DNA of 64,000 bases from Chlorokybus atmophyticus (Eukaryota; Plantae; Mesostigma and Chlorokybus algae). Below are positions 47,330-57,435 of this stretch, in pieces. The translations under genes were made by a program, and so were the position numbers. The first letter of the stretch is position 1. The number at the start of each line of letters is the position of its first letter. Where the stretch lies: positions 249,238 to 313,237 of the forward strand of contig RHPI01002955.1 in the NCBI GenBank assembly GCA_009103225.1, written 5' to 3'. A model generated the notes under the pieces. It searched no databases and had not been told where the DNA came from. It worked only from the letters and a program-made list of their open reading frames with translations.

Positions 47330-48643
47330 TATATGTTGCATATTCTGGTGTGCGTCTACGCGCCCGCCGAGCGCGTTGAGAGAATTGACTTCTTCACCTC
47401 CCTCCCTCCGATCCTCCCGGCAGCTGACTGGGCACTGCTTGGAGGAGATTGGAATGTCGTCAAGGACCCCTCCTTCGACAGGTCGCCCCCTGCTTATTCC
47501 CATCACGAGTCGCCAACTGTTCTCCAGCTATGCGAGGAACTTCGGTTGAAGGATGTTTACCGTGCTCTCCACCCCACGGGGCGCTCATTTACTTGAGACA
47601 TGACTCAACCGAGCTCCTCCCATCGAGCTGGCAGGCTTGACAGGTTCTACCTAAGCTTGAATCTTTGCATCTGGGTAGACGACATCTCAACTATTAGCAT
47701 TGAGATACTATACGGACCACAGGCCAGTACATCTGAAACTTGCCCTTCCAAGCTCTTTTTCTCCCTCACCTCAGCTTTATAAATGCTGCCCCTCCCTTCT
47801 CACGAACCTGGTGTTCTTCGCTGCAGCAGAGCAGCTCTAGGACTCGCGCATCCCGTCAATTCCCGTCTCTTTATCCCACTTGATTCATTAGTTTAAAAAC
47901 GGACTGCAGGCGCTGGTTGACCTTGCTAAACAGCATAACCATCGCAACGACGAGCTTGGGCGCAGTTTTAGCGCCGTCTCCGGGCGGACTTCTCCCCTGC
48001 ACGTGCTCAGCTGGATGCATCCCCGCAAGATCCTATCATACAGGTGAAGGCTGCCAGGCTGTCCAACCTTGCCACTGCGGAAGAGGACGATGACACGGCT
48101 AGCAAAATACGTGCTCACTAAAGGCTGCACCGTAAACAGATATAAGTACTTACTTTTCTCGCGCATTAAGTCACCGCAACACTCGTCTTCTCTTTGTGCT
48201 CTCTCCTTTTCAACAACCTCTCATTCCGCCGCCGATTATTCAGCATGAGATAGTTGCAGCTCGCGAGGGGTTTTATAGGTCCTTGCTCACCTTCTCTCTT
48301 GATCCCAAACCAACAAAGCAGGCGGCAATGGTTGCTTGTAGCTCGGCTATGCATCAAAGGCTTTGTGAGGAGCTGGCTATTCAGTTAGACTTACCTCCTT
48401 GTAGCGTTGCTGCGGGCGGTGCTGTCATAAAAATGCCTCACCATTGCCTCAGGCGTGACGGCCTTACTGCAGCATTTATACAAGAGGCTCTGGCCAGTCT
48501 TAAGCTCAAACCTTTACCTCTATTGTCTCTAGGTGCTTTGTTGTGGTAGCCTAAGTGCTTCGCAGAGAGTTGGGGTCATCTCTTTCATCCACAAAGATGG
48601 CGAGCTGGGGGACCTTCGCAATTGAAGGCCCATTACCCTCTTT
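47330..48643 (+). pseudogene. L1-like non-LTR retrotransposon fragment (AP endonuclease and start of RT)
   Basis: VCVYAP...LLGGDWNVV...DVYRALHP...RLDRFYLS endonuclease motifs; RN*RPITL at ~48615-48640, cut by a Copia C LTR. Confidence 0.82.
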
Positions 48644-49272
48644 TGCTAAAGGTACTTTTATTGGGCGCCCTAGCTAAACTTCTACGATTATCTTCACCTT
48701 GAGAGTTACGGTCAGTCAATGTTATTGCAGTTACAGTCCACTATAGTCAACTTTGACTTTGACCTTTGATCATGACTTTGACTATGACCGTTGACTAGCG
48801 TTGACCAATGTTTACTAGCACTTGCCAGTGTACTATGTAAGATAATGTATGTTGTGCAATACAGTAAGATCCACTCTGCTTTATTGTCAGCGCCACACTT
48901 GTGCTTGTCATTATTGCTACTGGGCAATCTCAATAGGTTATGAGCCCACACTAGCGCTAGCATAGCAAGTACAAGTTGGTGTAGCTTGAGAAGGCGCCGT
49001 CTTTATTGCAAGCTAGCATAGGAAGCATGGCAAACAGCTATAACAAGGATTACATCGAGCCTTTGAACTTCGACAACTATGGGACATGGAGCATCCGGAT
49101 GCAGATGGTACTCATGCATAAAGATCTATGGTCGGTGGTGGATCCCACAGCGCGCCCTCTCGACTTGGAAGACGCACCAACAAAGAAAAGTTCCATTCAA
49201 GCACTTGCGTTGATAGGATTGAATGTGGTACAGCATCATTTAGCGCTTGTTGCACATTGCAAGTCTGCTAAA
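48644..49272 (+). mobile_element. Copia family C 5' LTR (48644-48935), PBS and truncated gag
   Basis: PBS GGTTATGAGCCCAC; EPLNFDNYGTWSIRMQM; similarity ends abruptly at ~49272. Confidence 0.87.
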
Positions 49273-49337
49273 ACTCCAGACTGGAAGGGCTGCTGAAGGA
49301 CACTGACTACAAGATTGTCAGTGAGGAGGCTGCTGCA

Positions 49338-50738
49338 GTGATATACGTCAATGAGTTGGATGCTGCTCTGAGCGAGTCGACACGCCTGACTCTGAACTAC
49401 AGCAGGCCCCTTGGCTACACCCTCAAAGAAGCCTTCGAGACTGCACAAGCCATCCACAAGCGCTTGGTGTATGAGAAGGCAGTGCTGGACACCAACCGCA
49501 GCGCCGTACGGCCTGTAGTCAGCACGACAACTGAGCCTCCTCGCCGCGACCGTGGCCGGGACGCTCCACCAGCACGCGACAAAGGGAAACGGTCAGCTCA
49601 TGCTGCACTTGCTGCCCCTGTGCTGTGTCATCGCTGTGGACGGCATGGGCACTACCAAAAGGAGTGCACCGAAGAATACTCAACTTTGGTTTGCGACCAC
49701 TGTCACAAGACTGGTCATTTAGAGTCAGTCTGCTGGCTCAAGTTCCCAGAGTTGAGGCCCGCCAACAGCTACAACCACAACTACCTCGGTGGCTACAACA
49801 GCAACAACACTGGGGGCCACACTGGCAACAACTTCAGTGGCTACAACAGCAACAACGCTGGGGGCCACACTGGCAACCACTTCAGTGGCTACAATAGCAA
49901 CAACACTGGAGCCCACAACAGCAACAACGCTGGTGGCAGTAACAACAACAGCAACGCCAGTGTTCGCAAGGAAGAGCAAGGCTACAGGGGGAAGAACAGA
50001 CCTCCTCAGCGTAGGGGACCAGAAACACGTCCGCGCGCTGCTGCTGTTGCCGCCAAGGCTTCAGCCAACCCACCAGCTGATGACCATATGGCAGCCCTCA
50101 TGGCGCGTATGGCGCGTTTGGAGGAAGACAAGGAGCAGGACTACCGCGCCTGCTACGCTGCCCGATGGGCGCTGATGGCTGCAAAACGCGAGAGAGCCAG
50201 GAACACTCCGTCCCGCGTGCAACCATCACGACGAGCACGAGGGGAAGCTGCAACAACATCAGCAGGCACCTCCTCCGAAGCCACCAGTGGTGCTGTCTCC
50301 GCAGCAACAGCCACACCGGCTACAACGTCGACTCCACCAACGTCAACAGCACCCACTCCAGTTGCACCACACCCTGGTACACCGATGGGCACCGTGACGC
50401 CGACGCTGGTGAGTACACTGGCAGCAGCCGCCATCTCTACCGAATCTGCACCAGTGGGCGGTGCACTTCCCACTGCAGCAGTGCCTCTGTCCGTAGGCGT
50501 TGAGACAACTCTTGCACCACCGACTGATACCGTCGCAACTGCCACAATGGCCATCGTCGAGCCCGCTGTCTCTGCAGCGACGCGCGCAGCCACTCTGCCC
50601 GCTCTCGACGTCACTCAGGCTGTCCCAACTGGTCAGCAAGCTGAACGAGCATGGGAAACCATCCTGCGCGGAGCAGACCCCACTACCATCGCCTTCGGTC
50701 GGGGGGGGGGAGCGCACCACGCGTGTCGCCCGCGATGA
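49338..50738 (+). CDS. gag: Gag-like protein with two zinc knuckles and low-complexity tail (5'-truncated)
   Basis: CHRCGRHGHYQKEC and CDHCHKTGHLESVC; Asn/Gly repeats; Ala/Thr/Pro-rich tail; ends just after a G10 run at 50701-50710. Confidence 0.8.
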   Translation: MIYVNELDAALSESTRLTLNYSRPLGYTLKEAFETAQAIHKRLVYEKAVLDTNRSAVRPVVSTTTEPPRRDRGRDAPPARDKGKRSAHAALAAPVLCHRCGRHGHYQKECTEEYSTLVCDHCHKTGHLESVCWLKFPELRPANSYNHNYLGGYNSNNTGGHTGNNFSGYNSNNAGGHTGNHFSGYNSNNTGAHNSNNAGGSNNNSNASVRKEEQGYRGKNRPPQRRGPETRPRAAAVAAKASANPPADDHMAALMARMARLEEDKEQDYRACYAARWALMAAKRERARNTPSRVQPSRRARGEAATTSAGTSSEATSGAVSAATATPATTSTPPTSTAPTPVAPHPGTPMGTVTPTLVSTLAAAAISTESAPVGGALPTAAVPLSVGVETTLAPPTDTVATATMAIVEPAVSAATRAATLPALDVTQAVPTGQQAERAWETILRGADPTTIAFGRGGGAHHACRPR

Positions 50739-52400
50739 TCGCGTCTTCCCGCTACCAGAGGTTCACACCCTTCCAGCACTCACTCAACACCAGTTGGAAG
50801 ATGAGATCCTTGCTGGCACTGCACCTCCGATGCGTGAGAGGGTGTTTTTGATCAGCTACAGCCCACCTGTAGTGTTGGAGTTGGCCCTGCAACTGTTCTG
50901 GGCGTTGCACAACAACATGCAGACCGCCCCGCGCCAGCCTGCACGCAGGCCAACCACCACCTTTGAACCCAGCCCGTTGGACACGTATCGGGACCGCCGA
51001 GACGCCGTCCAGCAGCGCATCGCCGACGTAGCCGACCTGCCTTTGGGCACTGATGAAGCACTCGGACCTCCTACAACCGCTCGTCTTCATCAGCGCTACC
51101 ACGCACTGGAACAAGCATATCATTGGCGACAGGATCAAGCTGCCGCCATTGCTGCACGTGAACAAGCTCTTGAAGCTACACGTGCACCAATACCTCAGTC
51201 ACCAACTGCTGGTCCATCCTCTAGCACCACTCCGCTTTTCGGCGAGACCAACTCTGACCAAGCGAGGGCGTTGGCTCAACAAACCAGGGGGGTGATCGCC
51301 CCGTTGCTGCCTGCGCTGGTGGAGGATCTACCTGAGGACCAAAGGGAGCCAGGGAGGGGCTACCTTACACCACAAGGGTGTACACAAAGAGATGGAGCAG
51401 GACTGGTTGGAGAGCAACAACTACGCACTGCTCTGTTGCGACAAGCAACCATGCTGCATCGGCAAGAAGGCATCGGACTCCGGCAGATGCTTGGGATGCG
51501 AGACAATGGCAACGCGGCACGCGCACGGTTAGTGACGTGGCTGGTCACCAACCATCCCGCAGTCCCGTTGTTCGCTTTTGGCGCCAGAATAGCGTGGGTG
51601 GACGCATTCCTTCGCTCCATACGGCAAGCCTATGATGAAGTGGCTTCCGCCGCCACTGACACTCTGGAGGGAGCTCTGGAGGTTATACTGAGTTTGCCAG
51701 GAGTGGAGGCAGGACGTCAGCGCAGGCGCATCGCCGCTGCTTACGAGCAGCATGTTCAACAGCCAGAGACCCGCCTCACTTTACGCACACGAGCAATAAC
51801 AGTGCTGGAAGTGGGAGTGGTCAACGGCAGATGGGATGCTTACATGGCAGGGATCCTCAGGGTGCCTACCGTCACTCACGACATGAGGGCGCGGCTCCTA
51901 CGCGCAGTGTACGTGCAGCCCATGCCTCAGAACCATCGCTATATAGACGTGGACAACAATGCGACGGCGACATGGGAAGGTACACTAGTCAGAGAGGCAG
52001 CCCATGCTGCGCGATGGACCTATGCAGAGGAGCAGGCTGCACGAGAGGCAGTCCCGCAAACACCAGGTCCTCCAGGGTTCCCGCCACAGCCACTGGCCAC
52101 TCCTCCTGGCATGACAACAGCTGCACAGAGGGTCAACCCTCCTGCACCTCCACTTGGACAGGTTGCAGCAGCACCTCCAGTGCCTAGGCCACCACGCGTG
52201 TACCAGCAACCGCGACAAGGACGGTTTGGACAAAGCCGAGGACAAGGAGGCCCACAAGATCCATCAGGCAGAGGAGCCCTGGCTGCCCTACGGTCAGGCC
52301 CCGCAGATGAGAGTAAAGCAACAGTCTCTCCACGCAAGAGGTTCCATCGCTGCAAGAGGCTGCGCATCAACGCCAATGCAGCCATGATCGCCAACCAAGG
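50711..52400 (+). CDS. Uncharacterised ~550-aa region between Gag and protease
   Basis: Open frame (ORF 50500-52461) that runs into the protease motif VMLDTRA; no motif recognised. Confidence 0.6.
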
Positions 52401-52770
52401 CAAGCACGTGACCGTCAATGGGCGGGCACCCAAATGCGTGATGCTGGACACTAGAGCATAGCCTGTCATCATTGGGCGCTATCTCGCACGAGATCTCGGC
52501 ATCACCAGCGCTGAGCTGCTTCCCTGTCCCTACCAGCTGGACACCGCAACCGGCAACCGCGACAAGGTGCTCGGCCTTATCAAGCAGGCTGTGAGCATTC
52601 GCCTCACAGGACTAAACCCTTCCCACAGCACCGAGATTATACAACGGTGTGTGGTCCAATGCCGGGTCCTTTGACCTACTGCTGGGACAGGATTGCAACT
52701 TCCCTGTCGGCATGGGGATGGACTGCTGGACTGAGCAGGCATGGTTTCGACCGCATTGGGATGAGGACGA
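52400..52770 (+). pseudogene. Aspartic protease, disrupted
   Basis: VMLDTRA*PVIIG (DTG to DTR, plus a stop) followed, after a frameshift, by SFDLLLGQD. Confidence 0.8.
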
Positions 52771-53176
52771 TGGAGAGGAGCAGGGATTCCTACCTCTCGA
52801 ACTGGTGGCCAAGGACCGCTCGCAACGAAGAGCGGCGGCAGCAGCCACCTACAGTCTTACAAAAAGCTCACGTGTGCCGCGTGCCCGGACGCAGCCGATG
52901 ACAACTGCAACGAGCTCGAGCCCGAGCCTAAACGCTGGAGAGGACTCTTCTACACCGTACGATGAGTCTCAGGAAACCGTCACCAAAGAAGTGGCCTTTC
53001 AGGAGCCAACCGAGCGTCGCTGGAGCGCACAAGTAGCAGCACACATGCTGCTGACCAGGCCTCAGCTCACTGCACACTTCCCTGTCTACAAAGACCAGGC
53101 TACAGTGCAGGAGCAGTACCACATAGCTACGGGAGTTGTGGAGTTCCACATGTTCCGCCGACAATAAGGCATCACC

Positions 53177-55630
53177 GTGCTGAAGCTGTTCGGAGGCATA
53201 GGCAGTGGGCTTGCGGCTGTCCTCAACACAGGAAGAACAGTCACCAAGTACCTCTACTGTGACCCTGACCCTCATGCACAGGAGGCTCTGAGCCATCATT
53301 TACAACAGCTGCACCAGCGCTACCCGCAGCAGCTACCACTGTCGGCACTGCAAGGGAGCCAGAAAGCTCTACCGCAGGACATCCGCTGGATTACCAAGGA
53401 TCACCTGCAGGCAGTCGGCAACGTTGACCTGCTGATAGAAGGATGGGAGTGTCAAGGGCACTCCAGGGCAGGCAGAGGCCAAGGGCTCTCTGATCCTCGC
53501 TCACAGCTGTTCTGGGAGCTAATGAGAGTCATCAAACTCCTACAGACCAGTCAGATCGCTAGGCCTTTGGGGTACATCATCGAGAATGTGCACGCCGAGG
53601 ATGACAAGCGGCATCACGTCGCTAAGGCCTATTGCCAAGTATGCTCCTTGCTGGGGCATCCTCTCAAGATCAACGCCGCGCGTCATGGATCTCGCGCACA
53701 CCGCGTCCGTGCCAAGTGGACCAACCTGGCCATTGTGGAAGACCTGTTTCTGGCAGAGTACCTATACAGCAATCGGCCACGAAATCTCGTCGTCGATGAC
53801 ATCCTGGACCCTGGACGCACAGCGCAACCAGTCACACGCCTTGACCACCACCACTTCTACCAGTGCAACCAGCCTGGTCAGCCGCGCCGCGCCCTACCCA
53901 CGCTTGTATCCTATCCAGGCTCCTACGCGTTCCGCAATGGAGGCGACGGCATGGTGTTGGACTCCAACACTGGACAGCTGAACGAACCCAACGCTCGTGA
54001 GCGCGAGCGTGCTATGGGATTCTTTCCAGGCAGCATCACAGGCTCCACGCTGACAACCAGTCAACAATGTCAGTTGTTAGGACGCGCCATGGATCAGAAC
54101 AGCATGGTGTGGTACTTGGAAATGTGCTTTGCTCTCCAGGACCGCCATGTGTCCTTCCAGGAGCTCGAACACCTGGCTGGGGGGTGGATTGCTCGCTTTT
54201 CAGAGACCAAAGCAGCATACACCGCCCTCGAGACCGCCCACATGGAGGAGCAGGCAGCAGTCACTGTGGAAGACATTCCAGTGGTCGCCAACGCTACCTC
54301 GTGGTCCCACGCCATTGGACCGCTGGCCACAGGCCAGACTCAAGAGCAACTCGAGGCTCTCCTCAACAAGTGGAGGAGCCAATTCAGCTTCAGTGTGAAG
54401 GAGCTGGGCATCTGCTCAGCATACCAGATGGACATTGAACTAGTGGACACCGAACCGGTGTTCAGAAGACAGTACCGCCTCTCCAAGCTAGAAGAAGACT
54501 TGGTGGAACAGAGGTGCAAGGCGCTGCTAGATGCAGGCCTGATCGAGGAGTCCACATCGGACTTTGCGGCCGCGACCGTCATGCCCCTGAAGAAAGATTC
54601 AGCAGGCAACTGGACAGACCGGCGCATGTGTGGCGACTATCGCCCCCTCAACAACAAGACCAAGCAGGACAGGTATCCAATGCCTACCGCAGAAGGCATC
54701 TTTGACGATGTAGGAGACTGCACGGTCTTTAGTATCCTGGATATGCGCCAAGGGTACAACCAGATCGCCATCAAGGAGGAGGACAAGCACAAGACTTCCT
54801 TCTGGGGAAACCGGCAGCTGTACCAGTGGAAGGTCATGCCCTTCGGACTGAAGAACGCTCCGGCCAAGTTCCAGCGCGTCATGGATAAAGCCCTCAAGGG
54901 GTTGGACTTCGCACGCTGCTACATCGATGACATCCTCATCTTCAGTCACGGCAATGAGGAGCATCTCCAGCACATCGAAGAGGTGCTACAGAGGCTGAAG
55001 GAAGTCGGGATGACGGTACACCCTGACAAGTGCACCTTCTTCACCCACAAGGTACCCTACCTAGGACACACGATTGTGCCCCATGGTGTGTACGTACAGC
55101 AGGCCAAAGTGGAGGCACTGGTGGCTATCCCTGCCCCCACAGACCTCACGCGGCTGCGGGCCTTCCTCGGCCTTGCCAACTATTACCGACGGTTTGTCAA
55201 AGACTTTGCCAAGATCGCAAGGCCTCTCAACGAACTACTGAAGAACGACACCGAGTTCGTGTGGAAGGAGGCACAACAGGAGGCCTTTCAGGAGCTGAAG
55301 CTCCGCCTCACCACAGCTCCCATTCTGCAACGCCCTGACTACACCAGGTCGTTCATCCTGCACACAGACTGGAGCAAGCTCGGCATGGGGGCCGTGCTCG
55401 TACAGCACGACAACAACAAGAAGGAGCGCGTAGTGTCGTACGCCAGCCGCAGCAACAACAGTGCTGAGGCCAACTACAGCAGTTACGAAGGAGAGTGTCT
55501 CGCCGCAGTGTGGGCCATCTCCTTCTTCCGACCCTTCCTGTTTGGACGGCAGTTCCAACTGGTCACTGACCATCAACCCCTCAAGTGGCTAATGAACAAC
55601 CAGCACTTGACAGGAAAGTTAGCACGATGA
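53177..55630 (+). CDS. Pol segment: DNMT3-like C5 methyltransferase fused to RT and RNase H
   Basis: VLKLFGGIGSG (motif I), DLLIEGWECQG (IV), IENV (VI), AHRVR (VIII), ERERAMGF...LLGRAMD (IX-X), then RMCGDYRPLN, YIDDILIF, LHTDWS, EGECLAAVWA in one uninterrupted 817-codon frame. Confidence 0.93.
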   Translation: MLKLFGGIGSGLAAVLNTGRTVTKYLYCDPDPHAQEALSHHLQQLHQRYPQQLPLSALQGSQKALPQDIRWITKDHLQAVGNVDLLIEGWECQGHSRAGRGQGLSDPRSQLFWELMRVIKLLQTSQIARPLGYIIENVHAEDDKRHHVAKAYCQVCSLLGHPLKINAARHGSRAHRVRAKWTNLAIVEDLFLAEYLYSNRPRNLVVDDILDPGRTAQPVTRLDHHHFYQCNQPGQPRRALPTLVSYPGSYAFRNGGDGMVLDSNTGQLNEPNARERERAMGFFPGSITGSTLTTSQQCQLLGRAMDQNSMVWYLEMCFALQDRHVSFQELEHLAGGWIARFSETKAAYTALETAHMEEQAAVTVEDIPVVANATSWSHAIGPLATGQTQEQLEALLNKWRSQFSFSVKELGICSAYQMDIELVDTEPVFRRQYRLSKLEEDLVEQRCKALLDAGLIEESTSDFAAATVMPLKKDSAGNWTDRRMCGDYRPLNNKTKQDRYPMPTAEGIFDDVGDCTVFSILDMRQGYNQIAIKEEDKHKTSFWGNRQLYQWKVMPFGLKNAPAKFQRVMDKALKGLDFARCYIDDILIFSHGNEEHLQHIEEVLQRLKEVGMTVHPDKCTFFTHKVPYLGHTIVPHGVYVQQAKVEALVAIPAPTDLTRLRAFLGLANYYRRFVKDFAKIARPLNELLKNDTEFVWKEAQQEAFQELKLRLTTAPILQRPDYTRSFILHTDWSKLGMGAVLVQHDNNKKERVVSYASRSNNSAEANYSSYEGECLAAVWAISFFRPFLFGRQFQLVTDHQPLKWLMNNQHLTGKLAR

Positions 55631-55860
55631 GCGCTGCTGCTCCAGGAGTACGACTTCGAGGTGGAACACCGCGCAGGCCTGGCCAACCAGGATGCGGATG
55701 GCCTCAGCCGTAACCCCCACCTCAGCACCAACGACGCTACAGGCGCCCGACATGAGTTGGGTCCTACAGCTGCACCTTCAGGTGTGGCCACCATGTTCGC
55801 TGTCGCTGCGCTACGCTCGGACGCAGGACTCAGACCTCTGAGGCAGTAGCAGACAGGGAC

Positions 55861-57435
55861 ATGCCCACTCTCGAGCCCGCCATCACCACCAAAGATCCTT
55901 TATCAGAAGAAGCAATCGCTGCCGACCCTGAGGTGGATGATGAGGAGCTGGCACCCACCGACACACGACAAGACATCTGGCTGGACGAACCATCCCTCGC
56001 ACTGCTTCAGACTGGACAACTTCCAGCAGGCATGAGCGCACGCGAGAAGGACCGCGTCCGACAACGCACTCAGCGTTACCGCTGGGCCAACGACAGGCTG
56101 TATCGACGGATACAAGATGCAGATCAGGAGGTCCCCACACCAGCTGCACGTAAAGGCATCATCTCCTCCCTTCACACCGAGCTCGGGCACTTCGGTGTCA
56201 AGCGCACGGTCAGCCTGGTCAGGACCCAGTACTGGTGGTATGGGGTGCACAGACAGGTGCGGGAGTTCGTCAGCAACTGTCAGCAGTGTGACATGGTTTG
56301 CGCCTGCCTCAACACGCGCAATGCCACCTTGCATCCCCTTCCCATTTCCGGGTTGTTCTACCGCTGGGGACTGGACATCCTCGGAGACCTAGCGCCCTCA
56401 GCGCGAGGCAACCGCTACATCCTCGTCATGATCGAGCACTTCTCCAAGTGGGTGGAGCTGGTGCCCCTGCCCGACAAGAGCAGTGAGGGAGTAGCCCAGG
56501 CTTTCCTCTCCCATGTACTCGGACGCTTCGGCAGCTGCGCTGAAGTCATCACCGACCAGGGTACGGAGTTCAGAGGAGCTTTCGACAAGCTTATCGACAG
56601 ATGCTTCATCGACCACCGTCGCACCTCACGCAACCACCCGCCGGCCGACGGCCTCGCCGAGCGTACCGTGCAGACCATCAAGAAGGCACTGCGCAAGTAC
56701 GTCCTTGCCTACGAGAAGAATACCTGGGATGATCACCTCCCATGGGTAGCAATGGGCTACCGGCTGTCCAAGCAGGCAGCCCTGCGAGAGTACAGCCCAT
56801 ACTATCTACTGTTCGGAAGGCAGCCATTGCTCCCTTTCCGCGCACAGCAGGAGGTCGACAGAGTGGTGGACAATCTCGACAACCCCGACGAGATGTTGTA
56901 TGATCTGACAGTGCGCAGTGCGCTGTTCGAACACACAGTCCCCATGGCCTTCAACAACCTGCGCATCGCGCAGCACCGCGACACGCTGCGTTATGAGCGT
57001 GTGCGCAGTGGTTTCTACAAGGAGCGGGAGCGCCGCTTCGAGTCAGGAGACTTCGTCTACCGTATGGCGTCTACACGCGACACCCTCGATACCTCCGTCG
57101 GGCGTGCTGTCTACAAAGTATTGAAGGTGCACCCCACAGGGGTACTGGACCTGTTGGGACAACGAGGTGAGCGCATGAAGGACAACATGGTCAACTGTGC
57201 GCCCTGTCATCTCCCCTACATTGCTGGCTTCACCAAGATCCAGCACCCGCGTCCGCTGCGCAGCACCCGATGCGAGAAGTGTGGCAGCGCCGACGACGAC
57301 CCATTGATGATGTTATGCGATGGCTGTAATCAAGGCATGCACTGCTACTGCCTTGACCCTCCACTGGACGCAGTACCCTTGTGGGAGTACTGGTGCGATG
57401 ACTGCCGCATCAACGGTCCCCCACACAGTCGGTAG
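55861..57435 (+). CDS. Integrase with C-terminal PHD finger
   Basis: HTELGH...CQQC (HHCC); WGLDILG, TDQGTEF, AERTV (DDE); CEKC...CDGC...HCYC...YWCDDC (C4HC3 PHD) at ~57271-57405. Confidence 0.93.
   Translation: MPTLEPAITTKDPLSEEAIAADPEVDDEELAPTDTRQDIWLDEPSLALLQTGQLPAGMSAREKDRVRQRTQRYRWANDRLYRRIQDADQEVPTPAARKGIISSLHTELGHFGVKRTVSLVRTQYWWYGVHRQVREFVSNCQQCDMVCACLNTRNATLHPLPISGLFYRWGLDILGDLAPSARGNRYILVMIEHFSKWVELVPLPDKSSEGVAQAFLSHVLGRFGSCAEVITDQGTEFRGAFDKLIDRCFIDHRRTSRNHPPADGLAERTVQTIKKALRKYVLAYEKNTWDDHLPWVAMGYRLSKQAALREYSPYYLLFGRQPLLPFRAQQEVDRVVDNLDNPDEMLYDLTVRSALFEHTVPMAFNNLRIAQHRDTLRYERVRSGFYKERERRFESGDFVYRMASTRDTLDTSVGRAVYKVLKVHPTGVLDLLGQRGERMKDNMVNCAPCHLPYIAGFTKIQHPRPLRSTRCEKCGSADDDPLMMLCDGCNQGMHCYCLDPPLDAVPLWEYWCDDCRINGPPHSR

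Noticed and set aside
53177-54130. Bacterial restriction-modification methyltransferase or contamination
   Set aside because: The domain is in frame with Gypsy RT and RNase H and embedded in eukaryotic repeats; no endonuclease partner or operon structure.
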